64,000 nucleotides of DNA, from the NCBI GenBank assembly GCA_964016885.1, contig OZ024743.1, positions 61,938,001 through 62,002,000 of the forward strand, written 5' to 3'. Below, one piece after another: positions 43,374-60,262 of this stretch (positions are counted from its first letter, which is position 1; every line of letters begins with the position of its first letter). Under the pieces are notes generated by a model. The model made no database searches. It saw only the letters and a list, made by a program, of their open reading frames with translations, and was not told the DNA's origin. This DNA comes from Eledone cirrhosa (lineage: Eukaryota). Position numbers and translations under genes: made by a program.

Positions 43374-44762
43374 TACGTGTCCCAACGACTTTTTTTAGCC
43401 GTTGCTCTCACCAACCGGAGGTATATGGTCTTTAAAGCGATGAAATGCCTATGATAGTTGGAAGATCACTGATGAAGGACAAACTTTTTTCATATGTAGC
43501 CCATTTGCAACTCCGCAGCGCCTTTATTATCATATTTACACATATGTTTTCCACTGCTGCTACACCGTCTTTTTCGTTCTATGTATCTTTACCCTTTCTA
43601 GCAGTCTCCCCCTCTGTTAGCCTCTTCCTCACCCTTCACTCACTCATTCTCTGTCACTACCTCTCCTCCTCCTCTTTCTTCCCGTTTGACCTGTGAGTAA
43701 TTCTTTTCTCTCACATTCTCGGCCAAGCTGGTCGGAATTTTTTCTCTCTCGTCTACGATTTCACAGAACTTATGTTTACCGAATTCGCAGACCAGACCCC
43801 TTCTTCCTCCCGTTAGACCTGTGCGAAATTCCTTCCTTGCTCACATTTCAACCAGGTTTGATGGTCTTTATTCTCTCGTTCACGATTTCACCGAACTTAA
43901 ATTCATAAAAATCTGGGACTTGTCTCCTTCTTCCTCACTTTCTGTTGCCTCACCATTTTGTTTGTTTACCCTCGTGTCCCCTTTATTTACGTGTCCCAAC
44001 GACTTTTTTTAGCCGTTGCTCGCACCAACCGGAGGTATATGGTCTTTAAAGCGATGAAATGCCTATGGTAGTTGGAAGATCACTGATGAAGGACAAACTT
44101 TTTTCATATGTAACCCATTTGCAACTCCGCAGCGCCCTTATTATCATCATATTTACACATATTTTTTCCACTGCTGCTACACCGTCTTTTTCGTTCTATG
44201 TATCTTTACCCTTTCTAGCAGTCTCTCTCTCTGTTAGCCTCTTCCTCACCCTTCACTCACTCATTCTCTGTCACTACCTCTCCTCCTCCTCTTTCTTCCC
44301 GTTTGACCTGTGAGTAATTCTTTTCTCTCACATTCTCGGCCAAGCTGGTCGGAATTTTTTTCTCTCGTCTGCGATTTCACAGAACTTATGTTTACCGAAT
44401 TCGCAGACCAGACCCCTTCTTCCTCCCGTTAGACCTGTGCGAAATTCCTTCCTTGCTCACATTTCAACCAGGTTTGATGGTCTTTATTCTCTCGTTCACG
44501 ATTTCACCGAACTTAAATTCATAGAAATCTGGGACTTGTCTCCTTCTTCCTCACTTTCTGTTGCCTCACCATTTTGTTTGTTTACCCTCGTGTCCCCTTT
44601 ATTTACGTGTCCCAACGACTTTTTTTAGCCGTTGCTCGCACCAACCGGAGGTATATGGTCTTTAAAGCGATGAAATGCCTATGATAGTTGGAAGATCACT
44701 GATGAAGGACAAACTTTTTTCATATGTAACCCATTTGCAACTCCGCAGCGCCCTTATTATCA
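43374..44762. repeat. ~615-bp tandem repeat, about 2.25 units, nearly identical, flanked by (TA)n
   Basis: TACGTGTCCCAACGAC at 43374, 43988, 44604; duplicated near-identical ORFs in the track. Confidence 0.95.
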
Positions 44763-44905
44763 TATATATATATATATATATATACACTTTATTAATGGCT
44801 GAAATTTCCCAGTGATCCAGTGAATACAGTAAATAGATAAAATATTACTCTCAACGATGGTATTGAGTACTCATTCTCGCGACAGACAATACTAAGCGTC
44901 TAAGC

Positions 44906-44964
<59 letters not shown>

Positions 44965-45819
44965 GTACGAAGCTGCGTTTTCGGTATTTAAGCGTTAATA
45001 TATATATTTATATGCACACATACATGCACGCATATTTGCACACATACACATACACACATACATAGCTACTCGAAACAAACATCTTGAACTATGATGTTGA
45101 AATACTTCCACCAGTATCATCATTACCACTAGTCGTATTGTGAAAATGTTCTTGATAGTTTTGCTGCTATAATTATTGTTTTCTGGTGTTTTCGCTGTTA
45201 TTGTTGCTATTTTGTTACTGCTGTTGTTGGGGTGTTGCCATTGCTACTTTTGTTTGTTGTTGTTCTGGTAACGGTTGTTTTTACTGATGTTGTTTCTGCT
45301 GGTGTTGTTATACTATTGTTTTTACCGCTCTTAGTGTTGTTATTAGTGCTGTTCTTTTTGCTGTTAGTGTTGTCTTTGCTGTTGTTGTTATTGTTACAAT
45401 TGATACTGCTGTCGTTATTGTTGATGGTAGTAATGGAGGCGATGCTATTGGTGTTGTTACTGTAGGTGCTGGTAGTGGAGGTGGTGCTACTGGTGTTATT
45501 ACGTTCTTGTTTGTGGTGTTGTTGTTGTCGCTGGTTGTAATGACCGTTCCCATTATAACCATCACCCCACTTGCCTTAAACCGTCATGCAATGTCTCTTC
45601 TGTGTAATTAGTCCCAGAACTCCTACCAATTAAAACTGGCGCCACACTGTTACTGAATTAAATACTGATGCTTATTATCTTCGGAAGATCATGACATCTG
45701 GATTAGAGCGGTCTTTTAATGAATCAATTCGAATTTAGAGGAAACGCCGTAAATGCAGTGGAAACACACATCAAGCAACAACAGTTGGTTTAAACTATCT
45801 CTTACGAAAATTGATGAAT

Positions 45820-46100
45820 TTGTCCAGTGGCTGTTGCAACGAGTGTCGCTGGCCATTGTCTGCGGTAATGCCTTTGCAGTCTTGTCCACGAGGTGCAGTC
45901 CAATCATCGCCCTGCCCTAGGCATAGAGCCATCACCTTCTCTCCTTTCCTTTCTTCCGTGGCCACATAGTCCTTGCTTTTTCCCTCCTGTTCCTCTCATT
46001 TATGGCAGTTATAGCCCTTTCTCCTATTTTCCTATACAGTCAGATCTGTCCTTCTTTACCCCTCCCCTTCTTTTCGTTGCTTGGTTTTGTTTTTATCCCT
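45820..46100 (+). mobile_element. CRE-clade 3' terminal fragment with pyrimidine-rich 3' UTR
   Basis: QWLLQRVSLAIVCGNAFAVLSTR, similar to 18640-18710. Confidence 0.75.
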
Positions 46101-46274
46101 TTTTTTCTTTTTTCTTTCATATTTCAATCAATATTTGTATATGTATATCAATATTTGTATATGTTATTTATACAACTGTGAACTGATTTATTGTCTGTAA
46201 TTTAATTTTATAACATGAAATAAATGTGATGACATATATTGAGTGAACAAAATACCCGAAAAGATATGCTATTG

Positions 46275-46545
46275 TTGTTGAAACTCCGTCGATTTCGATG
46301 ACAAGTGTTCCAGTTGTTCGGTAAACGGAACAGCCTGCTTATGAAATTAATGTGTAAGTGACTGAGCATCCCACAGAAATGTACACTGCCTAACGTAGTT
46401 TTCGGGACCATTCAATACAGGCACAGTTCATTTTCTTTTCCATCTGAGTAGAGAAGAGAAACGTGAAAATACTGTCTTGGACAAGGATACATCGCGCCGC
46501 CGAGTATCGAATCCGTGACGTTACGATTGTGAGTCGGCCACCCTA
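46275..46545 (-). mobile_element. SINE family B copy
   Basis: GTTCCAGTTG...GTGACTGAGCATCCCACAG...GTCTTG shared with 17500-17790. Confidence 0.7.
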
Positions 46546-47635
46546 TTCTTTATAATAATATTATTCACTTATTTTACTTAGACTGGAACGCTTAAATGAT
46601 TTTCCATAAATATATTTTACGCACAATCCCCACTATCCCAAATTTATTAAGATATTAAATTCAACGAAAAATGTCTTGGAAAGATTATTAAATCATATAT
46701 ATCTTTTCAATAATCTTTATTAAACTCCATCATGTCCCTTGGAATCTCAGAATTATATCACGAAATTCCGTGGTTCATAGGAACTGATATAGAGAAACAC
46801 TTTTAGGGTTATACAATTTGGTAAGTACTGTCGTTGGGTTTCCATCTAATTTCAGACCTCTTCATCTTAAATGAAGACCGCGAGTTGTCAGAGTCGTTAG
46901 GATCAAATGCATCATTGTCGCCATCATCGTTACCATCACCCCCACTACCATGAATACCATTGTCATCATCATCATTATCACAATCACCACTGCCATTATC
47001 GTCATCATCGTCACTACCATCACAAGCACCACCATCACCATCACCATTATCATCATCACTATCACCACCGTAAACATCACCACCACCATCATAATAGTAA
47101 TACTTTCTATATTTCTTATTGCTGAATTAATTTTTCTTTATTGTTTTATGTATTTTTTATTTAATTTCGTTAATTTATTTGAAAGAATGGTTTGAATAAA
47201 TTATACATAAACAATTGTCAGTAACATTTTTGTCATATAGACATAAGCTCAAGCTATTGCCATTGTTAATGTAGTTATGTCACCGGTTCAGCTTTCATCA
47301 AGACGAACTATGATCAAACTGATCCAATCGCGACTATCAAGTCTTTTATTTTCTTTTTAAATATTATCTATTCAACTAAATGATTCAAGTTAGAATGATA
47401 AGGAGGTCATGGTTGTACCAGTATTATATTAGTGTATTCTTAGGGAAGTATGTAAAATTACCATGATTAATTCGCTATTTATTCAATGTGCATATTTGTA
47501 TTTGTATGTAAGATGAGGTGCGAGAAATAAATATATACATATACGCCAGGTCCGAACACAAAGGATCAAACTTCGACTGTCACTACATCCGTCTCTCCCA
47601 CTCTCTCCATCTCTCACTATCACTATTATAAGCAA

Positions 47636-47745
47636 GTGGGAGCCCACACTAGGGCCGCCCCGCGTACTCGGCGGACAGTATAGACAAGGTGAGGGAGACA
47701 CGCTGGAAGAGCCATTCCAGCTCTCGAAGCTCACACCTGCGGTTA
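47636..47745 (-). mobile_element. CRE-clade 3' terminal fragment (same subfamily as 23870-24495)
   Basis: [17 protein letters not shown] versus [17 protein letters not shown]. Confidence 0.75.
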
Positions 47746-47786
47746 TCCAACTACAGAATCGCACAGTGCCGCTTAATTTTTTACTA

Positions 47787-48345
<559 letters not shown>

Positions 48346-50570
48346 AACGGCCAGTCTGTGGAGCTAACATTGCTAGTAACTACAGACTGTCCTACTTCCT
48401 CTCCCTGATCATACGCCCCATCATTGAAATGTCCCCAGATGTATGTGACAGCACGGAGGACCTCCTCAGCAGAATCGGCGAGGGTACCGATCTATGGACC
48501 TAACAAACTGCATAATAGGTAGTATGGATGTTGTGTCCCTGTATCCATCTATTGACGTGGATTTTGCTGTGGAGAAATGCGTAGAAATGATCAGTGAGAG
48601 CAATGTTGTGTTCCGTGGGATTGATACCAGTGAGCTGGGACTCCTACTTAAACTTACCTATAGTAATAATTACCTAGACACATATGACCTTAGCAACCTG
48701 TTCCCTACAAGACCATTACCTCAATGGCCAAGAAAACCCACACAGATAGATGGAACGGGTGGACCAGAGCCATACGGACACCCGAAAACCACGATGAACT
48801 GAAGAAAATGATTGCACATGCGGTAGGGGCCAGCATAAAACTAACCCTTAAGGAACATATATTCAAATTTAATGGAAAAACATATGCCCAAGAGGAAGGA
48901 GCAGCCATTGGTGTTAGCATTGCAGGCGACATAGCTAACTTATTCATGGTATGGTGGGACAGTAGACTTAAACTTAAACTTAAAGAACAATTAGAAGACC
49001 CCTTAACCCTGATAATGTACTCCCGCTACGTTGATGATATAAACATCGTAGTTAAGACACCCCCACTAGAGAACAGTCAGGAACTAGAGAAAAACACAAT
49101 GGAAAGCATCCAGCAAATAGCTAACTCCATCCACCAGAGTATTAGAGTTACTATAGACTACCCAAGTAAACACCCCAACCATCGATTACCTGTACTAGAC
49201 ACAGAGCTCTGGTTAGATACCATTAATAACAAAAAACAAATCCTCCATTCCCATTATGCCAAACCCATGACTTCCAAACATCTGATCCACCGAAACTCGG
49301 CTGTTTCGGACCATACCAAAATCAACATACTGATTGCGGATTTGGTACGGGTGATGAGAAACGTGTCCCGCATGTGCAACCCCGAGGAACTAGAGAGACA
49401 CATACAACACTTCATCCACCGTATGCAGTTCTCTGGTTACAATCAGAGAGATAAAATCAGAGTGTATAGAGGAGCCAGAACCAAATGGGAAAAAATGGTA
49501 AATAATGACACAAATGGGACCTGCCCCTTGTATAGGAGCAAATTTTGGAATAGAATAGAAAGAACTAGGAATAAAGCTAATAGAATAAACTCATGGTTTT
49601 GATAGCAATAAATACCAGAGGGTAATGTTCATCGATACAACCCTTAGAGGTGAATTAGCTTACAAATTTAGAAGGGCCCTAGATAAACATAAACTCAATA
49701 TTAAGATAGTAGAAAGACCAGGTACCTCCGTAAAAACACTTATTAGCAAGACATATCCTTTTCAAAGAGCCCCTGTATAGATAAGAAATGTATAACCTGT
49801 AAAATAAGCTCCCATATTAACTGTAAAACTAGAAATGTAGTGTATAGCATAAGATGTACTGAAGGACAATGTAGAGACAAAAATATAGTGTACATAGGTG
49901 AGACAGCTCGTAGTGTAGGGGAACGGATAAATGAACACTGGCGAGACCTTCAAGATAGTAAAGAATCATCTGTACTCTACCAACATGCTAAAATAGAACA
50001 TAAGGGTAAATTAGAGAACATAGAAATAAAAGTAGAATCTACACACAGAAAAGACGCAATGTTTAGACAAATCACAGAGGCAATAAACATAAAATAATTA
50101 CTACCAAAATTAAATAGAAAATATGAGTGGAACACCAACATCACAACTTACAATTAAGGACAAAATGAAAACACACACGCGCATAGAACAAACAACCAAC
50201 CGGTAACATGTAAATAAAAAAATATAAACATGTAAATAAACGAATATAAACACACACAGACACCCGGATGTGGCGCATGCGCAGACTGAGCACACGACAC
50301 ACACACAGAAACAAAATGGCGTAGGACAGAACAAAGGAGAGGCACAAAAACAAAGAAAAGATCCCCAGTCACTGAAGAGGTCACAGAATGTGTGACGAAA
50401 GAACTTTGACAATATATAAACAAATTTCTGGTTGTGGAACCAACCAACCAACCAGAAATTTATAAATTTATAAATTCCTAAATTTATAAATTTATTATAG
50501 TAAATTGAAGTGAAAGCAACTGGTGCGTGTGTTTCTTATTGGCAACATGACCCTCCCAAAGTATAACAAT
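48346..50570 (+). mobile_element. Penelope-like element, 5'-truncated: RT, Cys-rich linker, C-terminal GIY-YIG endonuclease, pLTR (Neptune-like architecture)
   Basis: RPVCG, MDVVSLYPSI, GAAIGVSIAGDIANLFM, RYVDD, LPVLD, YAKP; linker CIDKKCITC..C; NVVYSIRC..C..VYIGETARSVGERINEH; about 4 frameshifts and one TAA. Confidence 0.92.
50368..50410 (+). ncRNA. Minimal type I hammerhead ribozyme in the Penelope pLTR
   Basis: GTCA-CTGAAGA-G-GTCACA(GAATG)TGTGAC-GAAA-GAAC-T-T-TGAC: core boxes, 6-bp helix II, 4-bp helix I. Confidence 0.7.
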
Positions 50571-55338
<4,768 letters not shown>

Positions 55339-55404
55339 GGAACAAATAGGACCCCGACGGCTGAGCTCAAGCCGTTTCGACGGCTTTCTTAAGGACATAT
55401 ATAT

Positions 55405-55797
55405 ATGGAGACATACAGACACACACAGAAACGAAACTAACAAAACAAATCAGACACACACAGATAGAACAAACAACCAACTAGTGACAAATAAATAAAT
55501 AAATAAACACACACACCCACATACACATACACACACACACACGGATGTAACCCATGAGCAAACTAAACACACAACACGCAAAAACAAAATGGTGTATGAC
55601 AGAACAAAGGAGAGACACATAAAATAGAATCCTACACTCTGAGGAGGTCACAGAATGTGTAACGAAAGACCTTTGACAATATATAAGCAACCTTCCGGTT
55701 ATCGAACGAACCAACCGGAAATTTATAATAAATTGAAGTGAAACTGACAGGTGCGTTAGTTTTTATTGGCAACATGACCCTCCCAAAGTATAACAAT
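55405..55797 (+). mobile_element. Second, diverged Penelope pLTR (solo 3' end) with degenerate hammerhead at 55635-55677
   Basis: Aligns by eye to 50165-50570 and ends identically GGCAACATGACCCTCCCAAAGTATAACAAT; CTGAGGA-G-GTCACA..TGTAAC-GAAA-GACC-TT-TGAC. Confidence 0.85.
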
Positions 55798-56305
55798 ACA
55801 TATATATATATATATATGGAAATGGAAAAAATGAAATTTCATTTCTCACTCTTAGTACGGCTGATACTTAAATATAAGTATGTATACGTACATACATATA
55901 TGTATACAGACGTATACTAGTATATATATACATACATGCATGCACACATATATATATATATATGTACGTATGGGTTTACCGAACATTTATTATAATGTTC
56001 GGTATGTTTGTAAACAAGCAGCCCGAATTAGTAGCTGTACAGTGTTCGGCTACCATCGTTGCCTTTTGTTCAACACTGACTAAGGAACGATGAACTATTT
56101 TCTAGCTTATTAGCTGTCATCAGCACCGTATACCTTCCTGTTAGTCGATTGACGTTTGAAAGTATATACTTTCCCTATGCATATTAACGGCTGAGCAGCC
56201 TAATTTGCATATCGAGTGAGTTAGTCGGCCGGGTGTACCGAAAACGATAAATGAAAAAAATGAAATTTCATTTCTCACTCTTAGTACGGCTGATACGTAC
56301 ATATA

Positions 56306-56373
56306 TGTATAACTAGTAAAATAAATTCATATATATATATATATATATATGAATTTATTTTACTAGTTATACA
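56306..56373. repeat. Perfect 68-bp palindrome centred on (AT)11
   Basis: TGTATAACTAGTAAAATAAATTC-(AT)11-GAATTTATTTTACTAGTTATACA. Confidence 0.95.
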
Positions 56374-56855
56374 CATTCTCAGCCATTGTCTCATCTTCCT
56401 GATAATCTAACCAATCGCACGTATGTGTCAATATATTTCTGTAATAAATTTATCTTAATCTCATTTAACGTCTCAAACATAGGACCTAATGATTGGAAAG
56501 CGAACTTCTATTTGGCCATACTGCGTACATACTCACACACACACATATGTATGTATATGTATGTGTGTGTGTATATATGTGTGTGTGTGTGTATGTGTGT
56601 GTGTATGTATGTAAGTATGTATGTACGTATGTATGTAAAGACTCCTAATCTTTGTCAGGGCATTCTTCTAGGAGAAGGCAACTCAGGAAACTGGGATAAC
56701 TCCGACATAAAAGCTGCGGCTCAGTAGTTACCGATGATGTTGATCTTTTCATCTTTTCGGGTTATAGTTACTGTCGCTCAGAGAGTGGGATTGGCTCAGT
56801 GCACAGTCTTTCCTCACTTTAAAAAAATCTCCACGCACAGGCATTGCACGATAGC

Positions 56856-57042
56856 GTGGTGGATTGGCAGTATCGGTAGAGGGTCGGACGCCATGCTTTC
56901 CAGCATAGTTACGTCCCTTTACGATCTGAGTTCAAATCCCGCCGAGGTTGACTTTGCCTTTCATCCTTACGGGGTCGATAAAATAAAGTACCAGTAATGC
57001 ACTGGGTAATTGCTGGCCTTGTGCCTAAAGTAGAAACAATTA
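56856..57042 (+). mobile_element. SINE family A, consensus-like copy
   Basis: Full head, B box GAGTTCAAATCC, core and tail. Confidence 0.9.
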
Positions 57043-57063
57043 ATTGATAATTATTAATGTTAT

Positions 57064-57115
57064 ATCGTGCAATGGCCATACTTGATAACGAGGGGGCAGC
57101 CATCATCATGTATGC
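57064..57115 (+). mobile_element. Very short RTE 3' terminus
   Basis: TCGTGCAATGGCCATACTTGATAACGAGGGGGCAGCCATCATCATGTATG matches the reverse complement of 41201-41240. Confidence 0.7.
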
Positions 57116-57139
57116 ATATATATATATAACACGTTGTGT

Positions 57140-57405
57140 AGACGCAGAGCTAAGTGATTAGAGTATTCGGATCACGGTCGTATGAGTCCCAGCAGTGCGT
57201 TGTGACTTGAGCAAGACACTTTACTACATGTTACTCAAGTCCACCCAGATAAAAAAATGAGTTGTACCTGTAATTACAGGACCAGCGTCATCACACTGTA
57301 TCTCCCTGAGAATTACATCCTCTGGCGTGTTCAGCCACTTGCATGTTAATTTCATGTGCAGGCGAATCAACTGGAATGCTCATCGTTAAACCGACGGAGG
57401 GCCAT
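57140..57405 (+). mobile_element. SINE family B copy
   Basis: TTGAGCAAGACACTTT core and CTCCCTGAGAA...GTTAATTTCA...CCGACGGAG tail. Confidence 0.75.
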
Positions 57406-58829
57406 TCTATTCCGTGTGTACACATATAAAAATATCATACAAACGCAAGAATTAAATATTACCCATATATAGGTACTATCACACATACCCAAACAGACAT
57501 ACAGAGATACACACACACATTCTTATGTAACAAGGATCTTAAACCTGTTTCTGTTCAAACTGTTTCATGTCTCTCCGACTGTCAAAGCCAACTAAAAGAG
57601 GTTTAATCATTACTCTCACCTATCAGCATATTTCAAAACAAGTTTATCATCGTTACACCAATCACTCCCTATTCGTATATTTTCATTCTGTGTATTTCGC
57701 TGAGCTCATTAATTAATGCAATTGTTAGAGGGCACCTTAGTACTGCAATAATGTTGTTGGGAATCAAAGTGTAGACCTGCTTTTAATAGACAATTGGAAT
57801 TGCATTCATGGAGAGGGATGAACTCCGCCTGGTATAGATGTCATAACAGTGCCTCTATGACATCACATTTCTCATTGCCTTTTGGAGTAACAGTTAAAGG
57901 GAGGACGGAGAAGAAACACACAGTAAAAGTTTATTCATAACTGGACCACCCATTGGATCACGTTGACTTCAAAATATTGTTTTTAAATCATGTTCACTTA
58001 AATCATTTTTAAATAATTAAATTATACACACACGTATATTTTTGCAAATGAAACTGGAAGGCCCATATATATACGTGTGTGTATGTATATATATATAAAT
58101 GTGTGTGTGCGTGTAAATATAAATATATATATATGTATGTGTATGTGTATGTGTGTGTATGTGATCTATATACACTGGCCATAGACACACACACACTCAT
58201 ATATATATACACACAACAACACCACCATCTCTCTCTCTCTCTCTCTCTTTTCCATTCTCCTCTGTTTCCTTTCCCTCTCTCTATGTCCCTCTTTCAATCC
58301 ACACTCTCACAACCACTATCTCTTTCTCTCTATCCTTCTCTCTCTCTCTATTTATGGAGGTACCCGGAAAAACCCATATCTCGGGAACCCGTCCTCCGAT
58401 TTACGCGAAACCTGTTTTATTCCATTTGTATTCGCATTTCAGGGTCAACTTCCTTTCAAAGTATTTTCCCATTATGCACCCTTTTGGCTGTATTACATTA
58501 CAGGCAAGCAAGCAAGCAATTGTAGTAATATATAGATGTCGCAGATTGTGATGAAAGGGTTTTGACAATTAAGTAATTAATCAATTCGTTGATTAATCAA
58601 CTGATATATAGATTAATTACTTTAAAATTCCAAAAATGTATTATTTACGAAATTCTATATCTAAAGTATTAGTTTATCTGCATCATCAGTACCAAGAGAG
58701 TAAACGTCACTTAATATGGATAAAGAAATACTAGTATTTGCGGTTCTCACATGATTAGCGAGGCAGTTATGACATGATCACAGTTTCAAATAACCATAAA
58801 TATGTTTATTATTTTTTAGACATCCTTCG

Positions 58830-59142
58830 CTCACGAATGACCATAAGATTTGCAGCTACAAAGTTCCCATCTGAGACGCAAGTCTGAGAAAGGTTGTTTG
58901 TGGAAGACCAGCAGTCGTCTATACATACCAGTCTTCCCTCTCCACACCACCAATGTTGTCCAGGGGAAAGGCAATGACCGATACAGCTTTCCACCGGTGA
59001 AGTCACAACTCATTTCAACAGCTGAGTAAACTGGTGCAACGTGAAATAAAGTGTCTTGTTCAAGAACACAACACCCGGTCCGAGATTCCAATTCACAATC
59101 TCCCGATTGCAAGCCCAATGCTCTAACTACTAATCCTTGCAC
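58830..59142 (-). mobile_element. CORE-like SINE with a third tail type
   Basis: Reverse strand GTAGTTAGAGCATTGGGCTTGCAATC tRNA-like head, TTGAACAAGACACTTTATTTCACGTTGCACCAG core. Confidence 0.7.
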
Positions 59143-59352
59143 CTTCACTTATATAATGTTTATTATACATAAATATTATACAAACTTTCATATGCGCCTC
59201 CTCTATAGTATTAATATATTAAAATATAATGAAGAATATTCTGAGAAGAAAATCGATGACTAAATCCAGATTTCTATAGAAGAAAATTGAAAAGAATGCG
59301 ATAAATTGACGAAGTGGTTTGGAATTGTTATTAATATCTGAAGTTTAAATAT

Positions 59353-59535
59353 TTGTTTCTACTTTAGGCACAAGGCCAGCAAATACCCAGTGCATTACTG
59401 GTACTTTATTTTATCGACCCCGTAAGGATGAAAGGCAAAGTCAACATCGGCGGGATTTGAACTCAGATCGGAAAGGGACGTAACTATACTGGAAAGCATG
59501 GCGTCCGACTCTCTACCGATATTGCCAATCCAACG
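59353..59535 (-). mobile_element. SINE family A copy flanked by a direct repeat (probable TSD)
   Basis: Consensus-like body; ATCTGAAGTTTAAATATT on both sides (59336-59353 and 59539-59556). Confidence 0.9.
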
Positions 59536-60069
59536 TCCATCTGAAGTTTAAATATTAAGATGATGTTGGTATTGGAATATTCTATATTTAAGGAAAGGAT
59601 GACATATTTAAAAATAATTAATCATTTTACGATATAAGTTTTTTAAACTTTCAGTTATTCACCATCATCCTCATCATCATAATCATCAGCAACATCATCA
59701 TTTCGCGTCCGCTTTCCACGCTGGTATGTCATGATTCAAAACCAGACGGGTTGGAGTGACTTAGTCTTGCTCTTATGTTCCTTATTTGGCATCCGTCCTA
59801 ACACCAACCACCTTACAGGCTGCATTAGATGCATTTTTTTATGGCCCTACTATTTTACAGTGTGTACTGGGAGTGGGGGTATTTTTGTGTCACTATCACT
59901 AACACGTTAAATGGTTGATATGTGCATTTTATCATGGACCAGCATTAGAGAGGTTGCTACAAGCTCATCCAGACTAAAGGAGCCTCTCAAACTCTACGTC
60001 TCCGTTCAATCACCAACGCTCTAATCTCCGATCACTCACTACATTTACTTTTAATGTCGCAGTGCTTGT

Positions 60070-60262
60070 ACGACTGGGCGGGTATTTTGTATTATGGCAT
60101 ATCGCCAGTCTACTGCAATTAGTTACGCTGGGATCAAATTCTCCTTTCATCCTTCCGGGGTCGATAAAATATAGTACCACTCAAGTAATGGGGTCGATTA
60201 ATCGACTTTCCACTGCCCCATCACCGCCCCAAAATTGCTGTCTTTACACTTCAATTAGAAAC
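60070..60262 (+). mobile_element. SINE family A, older variant
   Basis: CCTTTCATCCTTCCGGGGTCGATAAAATATAGTACCA core. Confidence 0.7.

Noticed and set aside
49597-49605. In-frame TGA in the Penelope ORF as possible selenocysteine
   Set aside because: The protein continues in another frame (SWF/DSNKYQRVMFID) after a T-run, and TAG follows TGA; this is a frameshift
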